From: Candidatus Bathyarchaeota archaeon
Lineage (GTDB): Archaea > Thermoproteota > Bathyarchaeia > Bathyarchaeales > Bathycorpusculaceae
Assembly: GCA_963827165.1 (NCBI GenBank)
Contig: CAWGZR010000005.1
Span: 320,001 to 384,000, forward strand
DNA: 64,000 nt
Reading direction: 5' to 3'
Shown piece by piece: positions 39,506-49,914 of this stretch (the stretch's first letter is position 1; every line of letters starts with the position of its first letter). The notes beneath the pieces are model-generated. The model saw nothing but the letters and a program-made list of their open reading frames with translations. It had not been told where the DNA came from and made no database searches. The position numbers were made by a program, and so were the translations under genes.

Positions 39506-41927
39506 ATGGCAAACAAGTTACCGCTTGAAAAAATCAGAAACATATGTCCCCCAGACCTGATGCAATGTGAATCAACAAAAGAGCTTGCTCCGCTAGTTGA
39601 GATCATCGGACAAGAAAGAGCCGTACGAGCCTTAAAATTTGGCCTAGGAATAAAAAATCACGGCTTCAACATGTACGTTGCAGGTTATCCCGGAACAGGA
39701 AGAAAAACAACCGTTAAAAACTTCGTTGAAGCCCAAGCCAAAACCCAGGCTGTCCCACCCGACTGGTGCTACGTTAACAACTTCGAAAATCAATACGAGC
39801 CTAAAGCCATTCAGTTATCTGCGGGAAAAGGCAAAGAATTTCGGGATGACATGAAGAATTTTATTGAAAACGTCAAGACTGCGCTTCCGAAAGCTTTTGA
39901 AAGTGACGATTACGCAGCAAAAAGAGAAGCAACTATCCGTGGACTGGAAGAAAAACGTAAAGAACTGATTGAAGAACTCAGCGTGAAGGCTCAACAAGAA
40001 GGCTTCGTTATCCAAACTACACCGATCGGCTTGCTGCTTATCCCGGTTTTAGACGGCAAACCTCTAAGCGAAGAAGAGATGCTTGCGTTGCCACAGAAAA
40101 CAAAAGATAAACTTCAAGAGAAAAGGGAAAAGCTGGAAACGGAATTCCGAAACACGATGCGTCAACTCATCGATATGGAAAGACAAATTCACGATGCCCT
40201 AAAGAAGCTCAACAAGGAGGTTGCGCTTTACTCCATCGGCAATCTCGTGGAAAGAATTACAGAGAAATACCACGGTTTAGCAGCAGTGACAGATTACCTT
40301 AAAGGCCGTGGAGAATGACATGCTTCGAAAACCTGCAACAATTTATCAGAAGAAGCCAGGGCGGCGAACAGCAGGAACAGCTTCCATTTCAGATGCCATG
40401 GATGAGGGAAGACCCATATAAGAAATATGAAGTGAACGTTGTAATCGACAACTCTGAAACCAAAGGTGCCCCAGTTATTATGGAGTCAAACCCTACATAC
40501 CCCAATCTTTTAGGAAAAACAGAGAAAGAAGCGCAATTCGGCGCATTAACAACCGACTTCAGCATGATCCGCGCGGGTTCAATTCACAAGGCCAACGGAG
40601 GATACCTAATCATCCCAGTCGAAGACTTGCTACAAAACCCGTTATCGTATGACGGACTCAAAAGAGACCTCAAAGACGGAAAAATGACCATAGCTGAACC
40701 AGAAGAACGCTACGGCTTTCTAAGCATCAAAACACTCAAGCCCCAGCCCATTCCGCTGACCGCCAAAGTTATCCTAATTGGAAACCCTTACCTCTACCAA
40801 ATGATGTTCGAGTTAGACCCTGACTTTAAAGAGCTTTTCAAAATTAAAGCTGAATTTGACACAGTGATGGATAGGACAGAAGACAAAGTCATGCAGTACG
40901 CCACTTGGGTATGCACGCTTTGCGAAAAAGAAAACCTCAAGCACCTTGACGGAGCCGGCGTCGCAAAACTCGTTGAGTCAGCTCAAGAATCGCAGACGAC
41001 CAATACAAACTTTCAACGCAGTTTTCCTATGTTGCTGACATAATTCGCGAAGCAAACTACTACGCTACTCAAGATAACTCCGACTTCATAACTGGAGAAT
41101 ACATCAAAAAAGCAATAGAAGAAAAAATTTACCGCTCAAAACTCATCCAAGAAAAAATCCAGGAAATGATAAAACGCGGATTCTTCCTAATTGACACTGT
41201 TAAGGAAAGGGTTGGGCAAGTCAACGGCTTATCCGTTATGGGACTGGGTGACTTCGCCTTCGGAAACCCTTCACGAGTAACAGCAAGCATCGGTATTGGC
41301 AGAGAAGGAGTAATTGACATTGAAAGAGAAGCCAAAATGGGCGGACCTATACATACCAAAGGCGTCTTAATTCTCAGCGGATACTTAAATGATAAATACG
41401 CAAGAGACAAACCGCTGAGCCTTTCAGCAAGACTTGTTTTTGAACAAAGTTATGGAGGCGTCGAAGGTGACAGCGCTTCAAGCACCGAATTATACTCGAT
41501 TCTGTCAGCGCTCTCTGGGCTTCCGATAAAACAGAACATAGCTGTCACAGGCTCAGTAAACCAGAAAGGTGAAGTTCAAGCCATCGGTGGAGTAAACGAA
41601 AAAATCGAAGGCTTCTTTGAAGTCTGCAAGTTGCAGGGACTCTCGGGGCAGCAGGGTGTCATGATACCGGAAAGCAACGTTCAGAATCTGATGCTAAAAG
41701 AAGAAGTCGTTGAAGCAGTCAAAGCAGGTCAATTCAATATTTACTCAGTCAAAACGATCGATGAAGGCATAGAGTTTCTAACAGGAACAAAAGCCGGGGA
41801 AACACGCGCGGACGGAACTTTTGAAGAGGGAACAGTCAACTACATGGTTAATAAGCAACTCACAGAAATGGCTGTCAAACTCAAAGAGTATCCATCCTTC
41901 GAAGCACACAAAAAACCCGAAAGTTAG
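39506..41927 (+). CDS. Lon-like (LonC-type) protease; indels near 40303 and 40980
   Basis: IIGQERA, GYPGTGRKT, HKANGGYL, VGQVNGL, FEQSYGGVEGDSAS, IGGVNEKIEGFF (Ser-Lys dyad). Confidence 0.9.
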
Positions 41928-42143
41928 ACCACAAGCTCGGCAGCCTTAAGCTCTTCTTTTTTTCGATCTCCACAAATAAATAAGCCCGAACTGCCATCCG
42001 TAAATTTTGATTAATAATTCCTCAGTTCGCTGCAATCTATCTCTACAAAGGAATGAATTTTGAATCTTGATTGCAAGTTATCAAAGCTTATCTTGCCAAT
42101 TGCACAACGAAATAGCGGGACGAACTTGGCAACTAAGAAACTC

Positions 42144-42341
42144 ATGCGCAAACGCAAAAACACTTTGGCAATTCTTCTTCTGCCAGCTCTAATTTTTGTT
42201 TTCTTCATGGGCTGGTGTATGTACTGGGCAGGCGACAAAAAAGACCAAAAACACCTAAACCGTAGAGAACCGAAAAAAGACAACGTAACGCTTTTGCCAG
42301 CTGTTTTCGAAGAAACAGAACGAACGATAGTTGAACAATGA
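42144..42341 (+). CDS. Small single-TM protein
   Basis: MRKRKNTLAILLLPALIFVFFMGWCMYWAG...; start uncertain. Confidence 0.55.
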   Translation: MRKRKNTLAILLLPALIFVFFMGWCMYWAGDKKDQKHLNRREPKKDNVTLLPAVFEETERTIVEQ

Positions 42342-42473
42342 AACAAGCGATCGATAATTTTCTAATCATTTGCAACTTGAAAAACAAGTTATGATAACGA
42401 TGCTTGCACGCTTGTTACATCAATTGTACAACCACAACTCCATTTATACCGCGCAAGGGATTGATTATCTTGC

Positions 42474-42615
42474 GAGAAATAGCCATCCAAGAGGTACACC
42501 CATGCTTGGCGGGTCACGGTCGAACGAGACGCGGATTGCCAAAGCCTGACAAACAGGTGCTTCTTCTAATTCGCGTCTTGAACTGACAGGAGCGATCCGT
42601 CAAGCCTGCTTTTAG
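42474..42615 (+). ncRNA. Candidate structured non-coding RNA (long interrupted hairpin)
   Basis: Stems 42504-15/42594-605 (12 bp), 42525-37/42568-80 (13 bp) and 42544-48/42554-58, with G-U pairs on the + strand; TTTATA at 42443; T-run after 42609. Confidence 0.55.
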
Positions 42616-42698
42616 TAACCAACAGCACAAAAAATAACCGTTTTACTGTATATTATTTATTAAGGGTAACATATAATCCTACTTTTCGGGAAACAACT

Positions 42699-43052
42699 TT
42701 GAGCTATAAAGCTAACATGCATCCAACAGTAAGCCAAGCAGAAATGGCCCTATTCAACGAGTTAAGTAAAGCAGGGTTAACCACAGGCATGGTAACTCAG
42801 AAACCAATCATCCTCAAATCAACCATCCCCGATTTCTGCTGGATGAACAAACGCAAGATCGTTTACTTAGACGGAATACAAGTACATTCAAGCGACAAAC
42901 AACAGAAGCGGGACAGCGAAATCGACGAGTTGCTAGAAGCTCAAGGTTGGGAAGTTTTGCGAATACCCTATCAACCGCCTATAACAGCGAAGGGACTAGC
43001 TGAGATGATGAAAAGGATCAAACTGTTCCTAAACGTGGATGAAGAAACATAG
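42699..43052 (+). CDS. DUF559/Vsr-like endonuclease domain protein
   Basis: SQAE...PDFCW...IVYLDGIQVH...RD..IDELLEAQGWEVLRI. Confidence 0.8.
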   Translation: MSYKANMHPTVSQAEMALFNELSKAGLTTGMVTQKPIILKSTIPDFCWMNKRKIVYLDGIQVHSSDKQQKRDSEIDELLEAQGWEVLRIPYQPPITAKGLAEMMKRIKLFLNVDEET

Positions 43053-43133
43053 CGCACAAAAAAACCGGACTGTTTGCAAAGGAAAGCCACAAAAACCTAT
43101 TTATTTCTTAAAGAACACCCTTTCCGTTCGAAT

Positions 43134-43242
43134 GCTCCGGTAGTATAGTCCGGTCAAACCTTACTAAGACTTCTTATTAAGGGACTAAGTATAGCGGCCT
43201 CTCGAGTCGCGGACCCGGGTCCAAATCCCGGCCGGAGCACCA
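43134..43242 (+). tRNA. tRNA-Glu(CTC) with a 31-nt intron at 21/22 (43158-43188) and encoded CCA
   Basis: Acceptor GCTCCGG/CCGGAGC; anticodon stem GCGGC/GTCGC with CTC at 43201-03; BHB helix GGTC/GACT with AAA and AAG bulges. Confidence 0.95.
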
Positions 43243-43289
43243 CATTTTCCTGAAAGTTATCATTTTTGTTCGTGAGGATTTCTAATTGC

Positions 43290-44441
43290 TCACGGTTGCG
43301 CCTTGTTTGTTACCAACGACGAACACTGCTCCTCAACTGTACGATTTAGCGTTAGTTCCGCCATGTTTCGACTATAATCCATTATTCGTCTTGAACTGTC
43401 AAAGATTAGGCGCAGCACCGACGCGACGCTTGGATCCAACTTCTTGCTTGACATAAGCATGACCAATTCATTTTCAAGAGGGGCAAAAGAATCACATTTC
43501 GAAATTAGTTTTTCCGCGTCCTTGTAATCTCTCTTGAAAAGCGCTTTGATCGTGTCATCGTATGACTGCTGAGCTAACGAACTGAAATTAACCAGTTGGT
43601 TGTATACTTCTTCGTCTATTGGATCTTTTACGAAAAGTGTTTCGTCGTCAATCAATTTTTGAAGTGAACCCAAGTTATTTATAATGTTTAAGGCATTTTG
43701 GGCAATGCTTTCAATATCATTTACAGCTATGCGGTATAGAAGGAACTCTTTGGGTGTTCTGAAACCGAGTTCTCGGTAAAGGTTTCGTTCTATGCCATAC
43801 TTGAGTTGGCGGACAACATACAACCCCAGCCTATTCACGTCGTTGTGAGCGTTGATGACCCCGTCAAACAATGCGGTGTTTCGGTCTTTGAGGGCGGCGA
43901 TGGCATCTCTGTTTGCGGAAAGCGCCACAATCGCCATTCTCCTAACGGCTTTTTCAATCGGGAACTCTGAATGTTTTATTAGGATTTGAAGGGTGATTTC
44001 ATCTGACGATTCATCGATGATTTCTGAACCTAGAAAGCTATCTCTGGCTAAAGCTTTTATTTCATTTTTGTATTTGACTGTGTCCTGCGGGTTTTTGATG
44101 TGGACTCTTATTATGTCGGCGCCAATAGCGTACAGAGCTTTTATCATTCTCAGCGTGGACTGTATGGTTTCTCTCGGGTCAATGCTTATGTAGTATTCTT
44201 TGGGTTTAGCTGCGTTGCCTCGGCCCTCTTTTTCCTGGATTTTTCTTGGAACCAGCATCAGTGTTGAATCTGGTTCTATATTGAATGCTATTTCGCTGCC
44301 TCGTTTTAGTTCGAGGTCTTGAACCCATTCTTTAGGTAGGGATATTATGTATGACCCTCGCCCTGTGCATTGGACTCTTCTGTAGCCTAAGTCTTTTTCA
44401 GCCATAAACGTCGCCAGATATATGTTTCGTATATGTATCAT
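43290..44441 (-). CDS. PhoU-family regulator with an N-terminal AbrB domain
   Basis: RRVQCTGRGSYIISLPKEWV followed by PhoU helical repeats. Confidence 0.9.
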   Translation of the reverse strand: MIHIRNIYLATFMAEKDLGYRRVQCTGRGSYIISLPKEWVQDLELKRGSEIAFNIEPDSTLMLVPRKIQEKEGRGNAAKPKEYYISIDPRETIQSTLRMIKALYAIGADIIRVHIKNPQDTVKYKNEIKALARDSFLGSEIIDESSDEITLQILIKHSEFPIEKAVRRMAIVALSANRDAIAALKDRNTALFDGVINAHNDVNRLGLYVVRQLKYGIERNLYRELGFRTPKEFLLYRIAVNDIESIAQNALNIINNLGSLQKLIDDETLFVKDPIDEEVYNQLVNFSSLAQQSYDDTIKALFKRDYKDAEKLISKCDSFAPLENELVMLMSSKKLDPSVASVLRLIFDSSRRIMDYSRNMAELTLNRTVEEQCSSLVTNKAQP

Positions 44442-44679
44442 AGTTCATGAAGTGTCATATAAATGATTAGCATTAAAGTTATATAGAATACATGTTATTT
44501 TAGTGGCTAACCCTTCACACAAGAGTGACAAAAATGGCAGTAAACACCTGCAAAATAATCAACGAACGCAGAAAACAACTTAACATGGTAAACGATGTCC
44601 TATGCACGAACGACGTGGAACTGCACATTTTAATGCTCACTTGTCCACGCTAATAACAAAAGAATTTGAGGTTTAAGTT

Positions 44680-45126
44680 ATGGTCAAAAGAATAATTGCA
44701 AAACAAGAAAACTGCATCGGCTGCGGACTTTGCGAAGTATACTGCACAACCCAACATTCAAAATCAAAAGACATAGTAAAAGCCTACAACAGCGAACGCC
44801 CAAAACCAATAAGCAGAGTAAGAGTAGAACGAAACAAACCAGTCTCATTCGCAATCCAGTGCCGACACTGCGAAGACGCACCATGCGTAATCGCATGCTT
44901 GTCAGGTGCAATGCGCAAAGACCAGAAAACAGGCGAAGTCACCCATGACCAGCAGAAATGCATTGGCTGTTGGACTTGCGTAATGGTTTGCCCATACGGC
45001 GCCATAATAATGGATAAAGAAGGTCACGTAGTCGCTAAATGCGATCTATGCCAAGGATTCGAGCAACCCGCATGCGTAGCCAACTGCCCCAACGAAGCAT
45101 TAATTTTCAAAGAGGCGAAACCCTAA
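44680..45126 (+). CDS. 4Fe-4S dicluster protein (CooF/HydN-like)
   Basis: CIGCGLCEVYC, CRHCEDAPC, CIGCWTCVMVCP, KCDLC. Confidence 0.92.
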   Translation: MVKRIIAKQENCIGCGLCEVYCTTQHSKSKDIVKAYNSERPKPISRVRVERNKPVSFAIQCRHCEDAPCVIACLSGAMRKDQKTGEVTHDQQKCIGCWTCVMVCPYGAIIMDKEGHVVAKCDLCQGFEQPACVANCPNEALIFKEAKP

Positions 45127-46407
45127 ATGGTAAAATACGTGATAATAGGCGCCTCTGCGGCAGGCATAGGCGCAGTTGAAGCCATACGAGAAGTAGACCC
45201 CACGGGAACCCTTACAGTGATAACCGATGAGTCATGCTCCCACTACAGTCGCCCCATGATAAGCGACTTCGTTAGCGGCAAAGCGGACCTAAAAAAAGTT
45301 GATTGCCGAAACGAGGATTTTTGGAAAGAAAATAAAGTGGACGTAATCTTAGGAAAAAAAGTTGCCGAGATAAAGTTCGACGAAAAAGCTGTCACGCTTG
45401 AAAGCGGCGAAAAAGTTCAGTTTGAAAAGCTGCTTCTTGCGACAGGCGGCAAACCTTTCGTTCCAAAGACTGAAGGCTCAGAGAAAGACGGCGTTTTCAC
45501 GTTCACAACCATAGGGGACGCCCAGCGGATTGCAACCAAAATTGAGGCGATTAACGCAAAGACGGCAGTAGTAATCGGCGGAGGGCTCATCGGCATAAGC
45601 GTAACGGAAGCCCTTCTTAAACGCGGCTTAAAGGTTACGATGGTTGAGTTACAAGACAAGATCCTCAGCTTACTCTTGGACCCTAAGGGCTCAGATATTA
45701 TGGAAGCTGCTGTTCGGAAAGCAGGCGTCAACGTTGTCACTGGTCAATCGGTTCAGAAAATCCTAGGGAAATCAGGCAATGACGGCGCAGTTGGAGGAGT
45801 TCTCTTAACTAAAGGCGAGCAGGTACAATGCGACCTCGTCATAATGGCCATCGGCGTTATTCCACGCACAGAACTTGTTGCCGGAACCGCTGTAAAGACA
45901 AACAGGGGAATCGTGGTGGACAACATGATGCAGACAAATGTTCCCGACGTGTTTGCCAGTGGCGACGTCGCGGAGGCTTATGACTTCATCATTAACCAGA
46001 ACCGAACTTTGCCTCTTTGGCCTCTAGCGGTTTTGGAAGGAAAGGTAGCAGGCTACAATATGGCAGGCAAAAAAGCCACTTATGCAGGTGGCACAAACAT
46101 GAGTAGCCTCAAGTACTTCGGAGTTCCCGTCGTTTCCGTAGGCTTAGCTAACCCAAAAGAAGACCCAACACTGGAAATTCTTGTCAAAATCGATCTTGAG
46201 CGCAACGTATACAAAAAGTTAGTTCTCAGAAACGACTTTATCGTCGGTATGACTCTTGTGAACTCGATTGAACGGGCAGGAATTCTTTTCTACTTAATGA
46301 AGAACGCGATAAACGTAAAGAAATTCAAGCAGCAGCTTCTTGTAGACAACTTCAGCTGGGCAGCCCTCCCAACTAATCTGCAGAAAAAAATGAAGGTCGT
46401 GCAGTAA
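45127..46407 (+). CDS. FAD/NAD(P)H-dependent oxidoreductase (NirB/Nox-like)
   Basis: GASAAG, LLLATGG, GGGLIG, VFASGDVAE. Confidence 0.9.
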   Translation: MVKYVIIGASAAGIGAVEAIREVDPTGTLTVITDESCSHYSRPMISDFVSGKADLKKVDCRNEDFWKENKVDVILGKKVAEIKFDEKAVTLESGEKVQFEKLLLATGGKPFVPKTEGSEKDGVFTFTTIGDAQRIATKIEAINAKTAVVIGGGLIGISVTEALLKRGLKVTMVELQDKILSLLLDPKGSDIMEAAVRKAGVNVVTGQSVQKILGKSGNDGAVGGVLLTKGEQVQCDLVIMAIGVIPRTELVAGTAVKTNRGIVVDNMMQTNVPDVFASGDVAEAYDFIINQNRTLPLWPLAVLEGKVAGYNMAGKKATYAGGTNMSSLKYFGVPVVSVGLANPKEDPTLEILVKIDLERNVYKKLVLRNDFIVGMTLVNSIERAGILFYLMKNAINVKKFKQQLLVDNFSWAALPTNLQKKMKVVQ

Positions 46408-46408
46408 A

Positions 46409-47551
46409 ATGAACTTTCAAGACCAAAAAATAATCAATCCCTTTGGCGACGACAAAGACTTCTCAGGATGCGCCATCTTCGCTATGATGAACACAGAACG
46501 CAAACGTTTCAGTTCAAAGGACCCCGTGCGGGCGATAAAGAATATGCATGACCGCGGCAACGGCTTAGGCGGCGGCTTCGCGGTATACGGCGTATACCCA
46601 GACTTCAGAGACTACTACGCATTTCACATAATGTACTTAGCCAGAGACGCAAAAGAACAAACCGAGCGCATCCTCGCATCGAAATTTGACATGATATATG
46701 ACGAGGAAATGCAGACAAAGCCAGCTGACGTTCATAACCCACCTCTGGTTTGGCGATACTTCGTTCAACCCAAGAAAATCAGACCTGAAAACCAATCTGA
46801 AGCAGACTACGTCATTGAAACCGTTATGCGTATTAACTCAGAAACAGGGAAGGCGTTCGTTTTCTCAAGCGGCAAAGATATGGGAGTATTCAAAGGCGTC
46901 GGCTTCCCAGAAGACGTAGCAGAATTCTTCTGCCTTGAGGATTACCAGGGGTACCTTTGGTCATGCCACAGTCGGTTCCCAACAAACACCCCCGGCTGGT
47001 GGGGAGGAGCACATCCATTCAACATACTGGACTGGACAGTTATCCATAACGGTGAGCTCTCATCGTACGGCATAAACCGACGATACCTGGAAATGTACGG
47101 TTACAAATGCACCATGCAAACAGACACCGAAGTGCTCGCCTACGCGGTGGATTTGCTTATGCGTAGACAAAACATGCCGATTGAACTTGTAGCCCAAATC
47201 TTAGCCGCACCACTCTGGGATGAAATCGATCAGATGAAACCCAAAGAAGCAGAGCTCCTAAGAAGTCTGCGTCAAACCTACGGCAGCCTACTGATGAATG
47301 GGCCATTTAGTATAGTTGTGGCGCACCATGGCGAAATGATCGGGTTAACAGACAGAATCAAGCTTCGACCTTTGGTCGCGGGCACAAACGGAGACTATAC
47401 CTATCTGTCATCGGAGGAATCAGCTATGCGGTTGGTTTCCCCACAGCTTGACAAGTTCTGGGCGCCAAGAGGCGGAGAACCAGTCGTTTGCAGACTCAAA
47501 AACAGTAATGCCCAAACAGTTCAAGTTTTAGAAGGAGGACAAACAAAATGA
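46409..47551 (+). CDS. Glutamate synthase amidotransferase subunit (class II GATase, GltB1-like)
   Basis: SGCAIF, RGNGLGGG, HSRFPTNT, AHPF, HNGE, TDTE, DRIKLRP. Confidence 0.9.
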   Translation: MNFQDQKIINPFGDDKDFSGCAIFAMMNTERKRFSSKDPVRAIKNMHDRGNGLGGGFAVYGVYPDFRDYYAFHIMYLARDAKEQTERILASKFDMIYDEEMQTKPADVHNPPLVWRYFVQPKKIRPENQSEADYVIETVMRINSETGKAFVFSSGKDMGVFKGVGFPEDVAEFFCLEDYQGYLWSCHSRFPTNTPGWWGGAHPFNILDWTVIHNGELSSYGINRRYLEMYGYKCTMQTDTEVLAYAVDLLMRRQNMPIELVAQILAAPLWDEIDQMKPKEAELLRSLRQTYGSLLMNGPFSIVVAHHGEMIGLTDRIKLRPLVAGTNGDYTYLSSEESAMRLVSPQLDKFWAPRGGEPVVCRLKNSNAQTVQVLEGGQTK

Positions 47552-49059
47552 AAACTTACGTGATTCCCGAGTATATTGTTGAACGGGACCAAAACCGTTG
47601 CATTCGCTGCAAGGTATGCGTTAACCAATGCACTTACGATACCCACTCTTACGATGAAGAAACAGATTCAATCTGTAGCAAAGAAGAAAACTGCGTTAAC
47701 TGCCAACGCTGCGTAACCTTCTGCCCCACACATGCAATTACAATTAGAAAGAACCCTAACGTTAACCGAGAAAACGCTAACTGGACCTTTGAGGCCATAC
47801 GGGACGTGAAAAAGCAAGCTGAAAATGGAGCGGTAATCCTAACAGGCATGGGCAATGATAAACCATACTACACATACTGGGATCGACTGCTACTAAACGC
47901 CAGCCAAGTTACTAACCCTTCTATTGACCCTCTGCGTGAACCCATGGAGATCAGAACATACCTTGGCGCCAAACCAGACAAACTCGAGTTAGAGATGGAA
48001 AACGGCGAACCAGTCCTCAAAACAAAGCTTACCCCGCAACTCTGCCTCGACACCCCAATAATGTTCTCAGCTATGTCTTACGGTGCCATCAGCCTAAATG
48101 TCCATGAATCCTTAGCGCGGGCAGCTACCGAATGCGGCACATACTTTAACACTGGAGAAGGTGGCTTAGACCAAAGCCTCTACAAATACGGAGCCCACGC
48201 CATCGTGCAAGTTGCGTCGGGCCGATTCGGAGTTCACCCCAAATACCTTAACGCAGGCGCAGCCGTGGAAATTAAGATTGGCCAAGGCGCAAAACCAGGC
48301 ATAGGCGGACATTTACCGGGAGAAAAAGTAACTGAACATGTTGCAAGAACACGCATGATTCCAACCGGAACAGATGCACTTTCACCCTATCCTCAACACG
48401 ATATATACTCAATCGAAGACCTACGCCAACTAATCTACGCTCTGAAAGAAGCTACAAATTACACCAAACCCATCTCAGTCAAAATCGCTGCAGTTCACAA
48501 CGCAGCAGCAATCGCAAGCGGCATGGTTCGCGCAGGAGCCGACATCATCGCCCTCGACGGTGTGAGAGGTGCAACTGGCGCAGCGCCCAAAATCATCCGA
48601 GACAACGTAGGCATACCAATTGAATTAGCTATTGCACAGGTAGATCAGCGACTTCGCGAAGAAGGCATCCGTAACCGTGCATCCGTAGTTGCGGCAGGCG
48701 GCTTCAGAAGCAGTGCTGACGTTTTCAAAGCCATAGCGCTAGGAGCAGACGCCGTATACATTGCAACTGCAGCTTTGATAGCTATGGGCTGCACCGTTTG
48801 TCAACGCTGCCACACAGGCAAATGCCCGTGGGGTATCGCGACAAGTGACCCATGGATCAGCAAACGAATAAACCCAGACATCGCGTCAAAACGACTCGTG
48901 AACCTGCTTAACAGTTGGAGCGTTGAGATCAAAGACATGATGGGCGGCATGGGAATAAACGCGATTGAAAGTCTTCGAGGGAACCGACTTGCACTCAGAG
49001 GCGTCGGGTTAAGCCGAACGGAACTGAAAATTTTAGGCGTGAAAATGGCCGGAGAGTAG
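47548..49059 (+). CDS. Glutamate synthase FMN-binding subunit with an N-terminal ferredoxin (GltB2-like)
   Basis: AMSYGAIS, NTGEGG, QVASGRFGV, EIKIGQGAKPGIGGHLPGEKV, CTVCQRCHTGKCPWGI. Confidence 0.93.
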   Translation: MKTYVIPEYIVERDQNRCIRCKVCVNQCTYDTHSYDEETDSICSKEENCVNCQRCVTFCPTHAITIRKNPNVNRENANWTFEAIRDVKKQAENGAVILTGMGNDKPYYTYWDRLLLNASQVTNPSIDPLREPMEIRTYLGAKPDKLELEMENGEPVLKTKLTPQLCLDTPIMFSAMSYGAISLNVHESLARAATECGTYFNTGEGGLDQSLYKYGAHAIVQVASGRFGVHPKYLNAGAAVEIKIGQGAKPGIGGHLPGEKVTEHVARTRMIPTGTDALSPYPQHDIYSIEDLRQLIYALKEATNYTKPISVKIAAVHNAAAIASGMVRAGADIIALDGVRGATGAAPKIIRDNVGIPIELAIAQVDQRLREEGIRNRASVVAAGGFRSSADVFKAIALGADAVYIATAALIAMGCTVCQRCHTGKCPWGIATSDPWISKRINPDIASKRLVNLLNSWSVEIKDMMGGMGINAIESLRGNRLALRGVGLSRTELKILGVKMAGE

Positions 49060-49067
49060 AAAAAAAT

Positions 49068-49868
49068 ATGCTTGAACAAAAAGAAAAAGTGGAAATCGAC
49101 ACAAAATACCTTGACTGCATAAAGCAAGAGGGCAATATGTTGCAAATCAACGCTGAAGGAATGCACTATAGGGACTTAAACGCGCTGCTCAGACAGGCAA
49201 TCCACTTGAGTGTAGAGCGAATCGAAGTACACAATGTCTGCGGCCAACGGTATATTGGCACCGACCTTGATACAAACATGCAAATCGACATTTACGGAAC
49301 CCCAGGAAACGATCTCGGAGCCTTCATGAACGGACCCAAACTCGTGATCCACGGCAACGGACAAGACGGTTCAGGCAACACAATGAACGATGGACAAATC
49401 ATCATTCATGGACACGCCGGAGACGTAACAGGAAACTCGATGAGAGGCGGAAAAATCTTTGTTCGAGACTACGTCGGTTATAGAGTCGGCATCCACATGA
49501 AAGAATACAAAACCAAAATTCCACAAATAGTCATCGGGCAAACTGCAGGCGACTTCCTAGCAGAGTACATGGCGGGCGGAGTAATGGTTATCCTAGGCTT
49601 GAACCTTAAAGAAGGCGAAAAATGCAAAGCCAGATTCGTCGGAACAGGAATGCATGGCGGAGTCATCTATGAACGTGGAGAAATCTTAGAACCAGTCAAC
49701 GGAACTAAAACGCTGGACGCTGGAAAACGCGACCTCAAAACGATCGAAGCCCTCGTCAAAGAATACTGCGGCCACTTCGGCGCCGACCCCAACCAAATCA
49801 TGGCGCATAAATTCAAAAAGATAATGCCGGTTTCAAAGAGACCATACGAGAAATTATTCTCGCATTAA
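49068..49868 (+). CDS. Glutamate synthase GXGXG domain subunit (GltB3-like)
   Basis: GQRYIG, GNDLGAFM, AEYMAGG, GTGMHGG. Confidence 0.9.
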   Translation: MLEQKEKVEIDTKYLDCIKQEGNMLQINAEGMHYRDLNALLRQAIHLSVERIEVHNVCGQRYIGTDLDTNMQIDIYGTPGNDLGAFMNGPKLVIHGNGQDGSGNTMNDGQIIIHGHAGDVTGNSMRGGKIFVRDYVGYRVGIHMKEYKTKIPQIVIGQTAGDFLAEYMAGGVMVILGLNLKEGEKCKARFVGTGMHGGVIYERGEILEPVNGTKTLDAGKRDLKTIEALVKEYCGHFGADPNQIMAHKFKKIMPVSKRPYEKLFSH

Positions 49869-49914
49869 CCCTTTTCCAAAATATTGGAAGAAACATTTTT
49901 TCTTTTCTAGTTCA

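Noticed and set aside
27060-41000. Programmed frameshifts in the multicopper oxidase, Dph6 and Lon genes
   Set aside because: Small indels with no slippery heptamer or stimulator, in families that are normally continuous; most likely sequencing errors.
42404-42586. 60-aa ORF over the structured region, and an H/ACA guide interpretation
   Set aside because: The ORF is not protein-like; there is no ACA box after the basal stem and no clear K-turn.
44460-44680. NrpR operator upstream of the glutamate synthase operon
   Set aside because: No GGAA-N6-TTCC match found (closest is GGAA CTGCAC ATTT).
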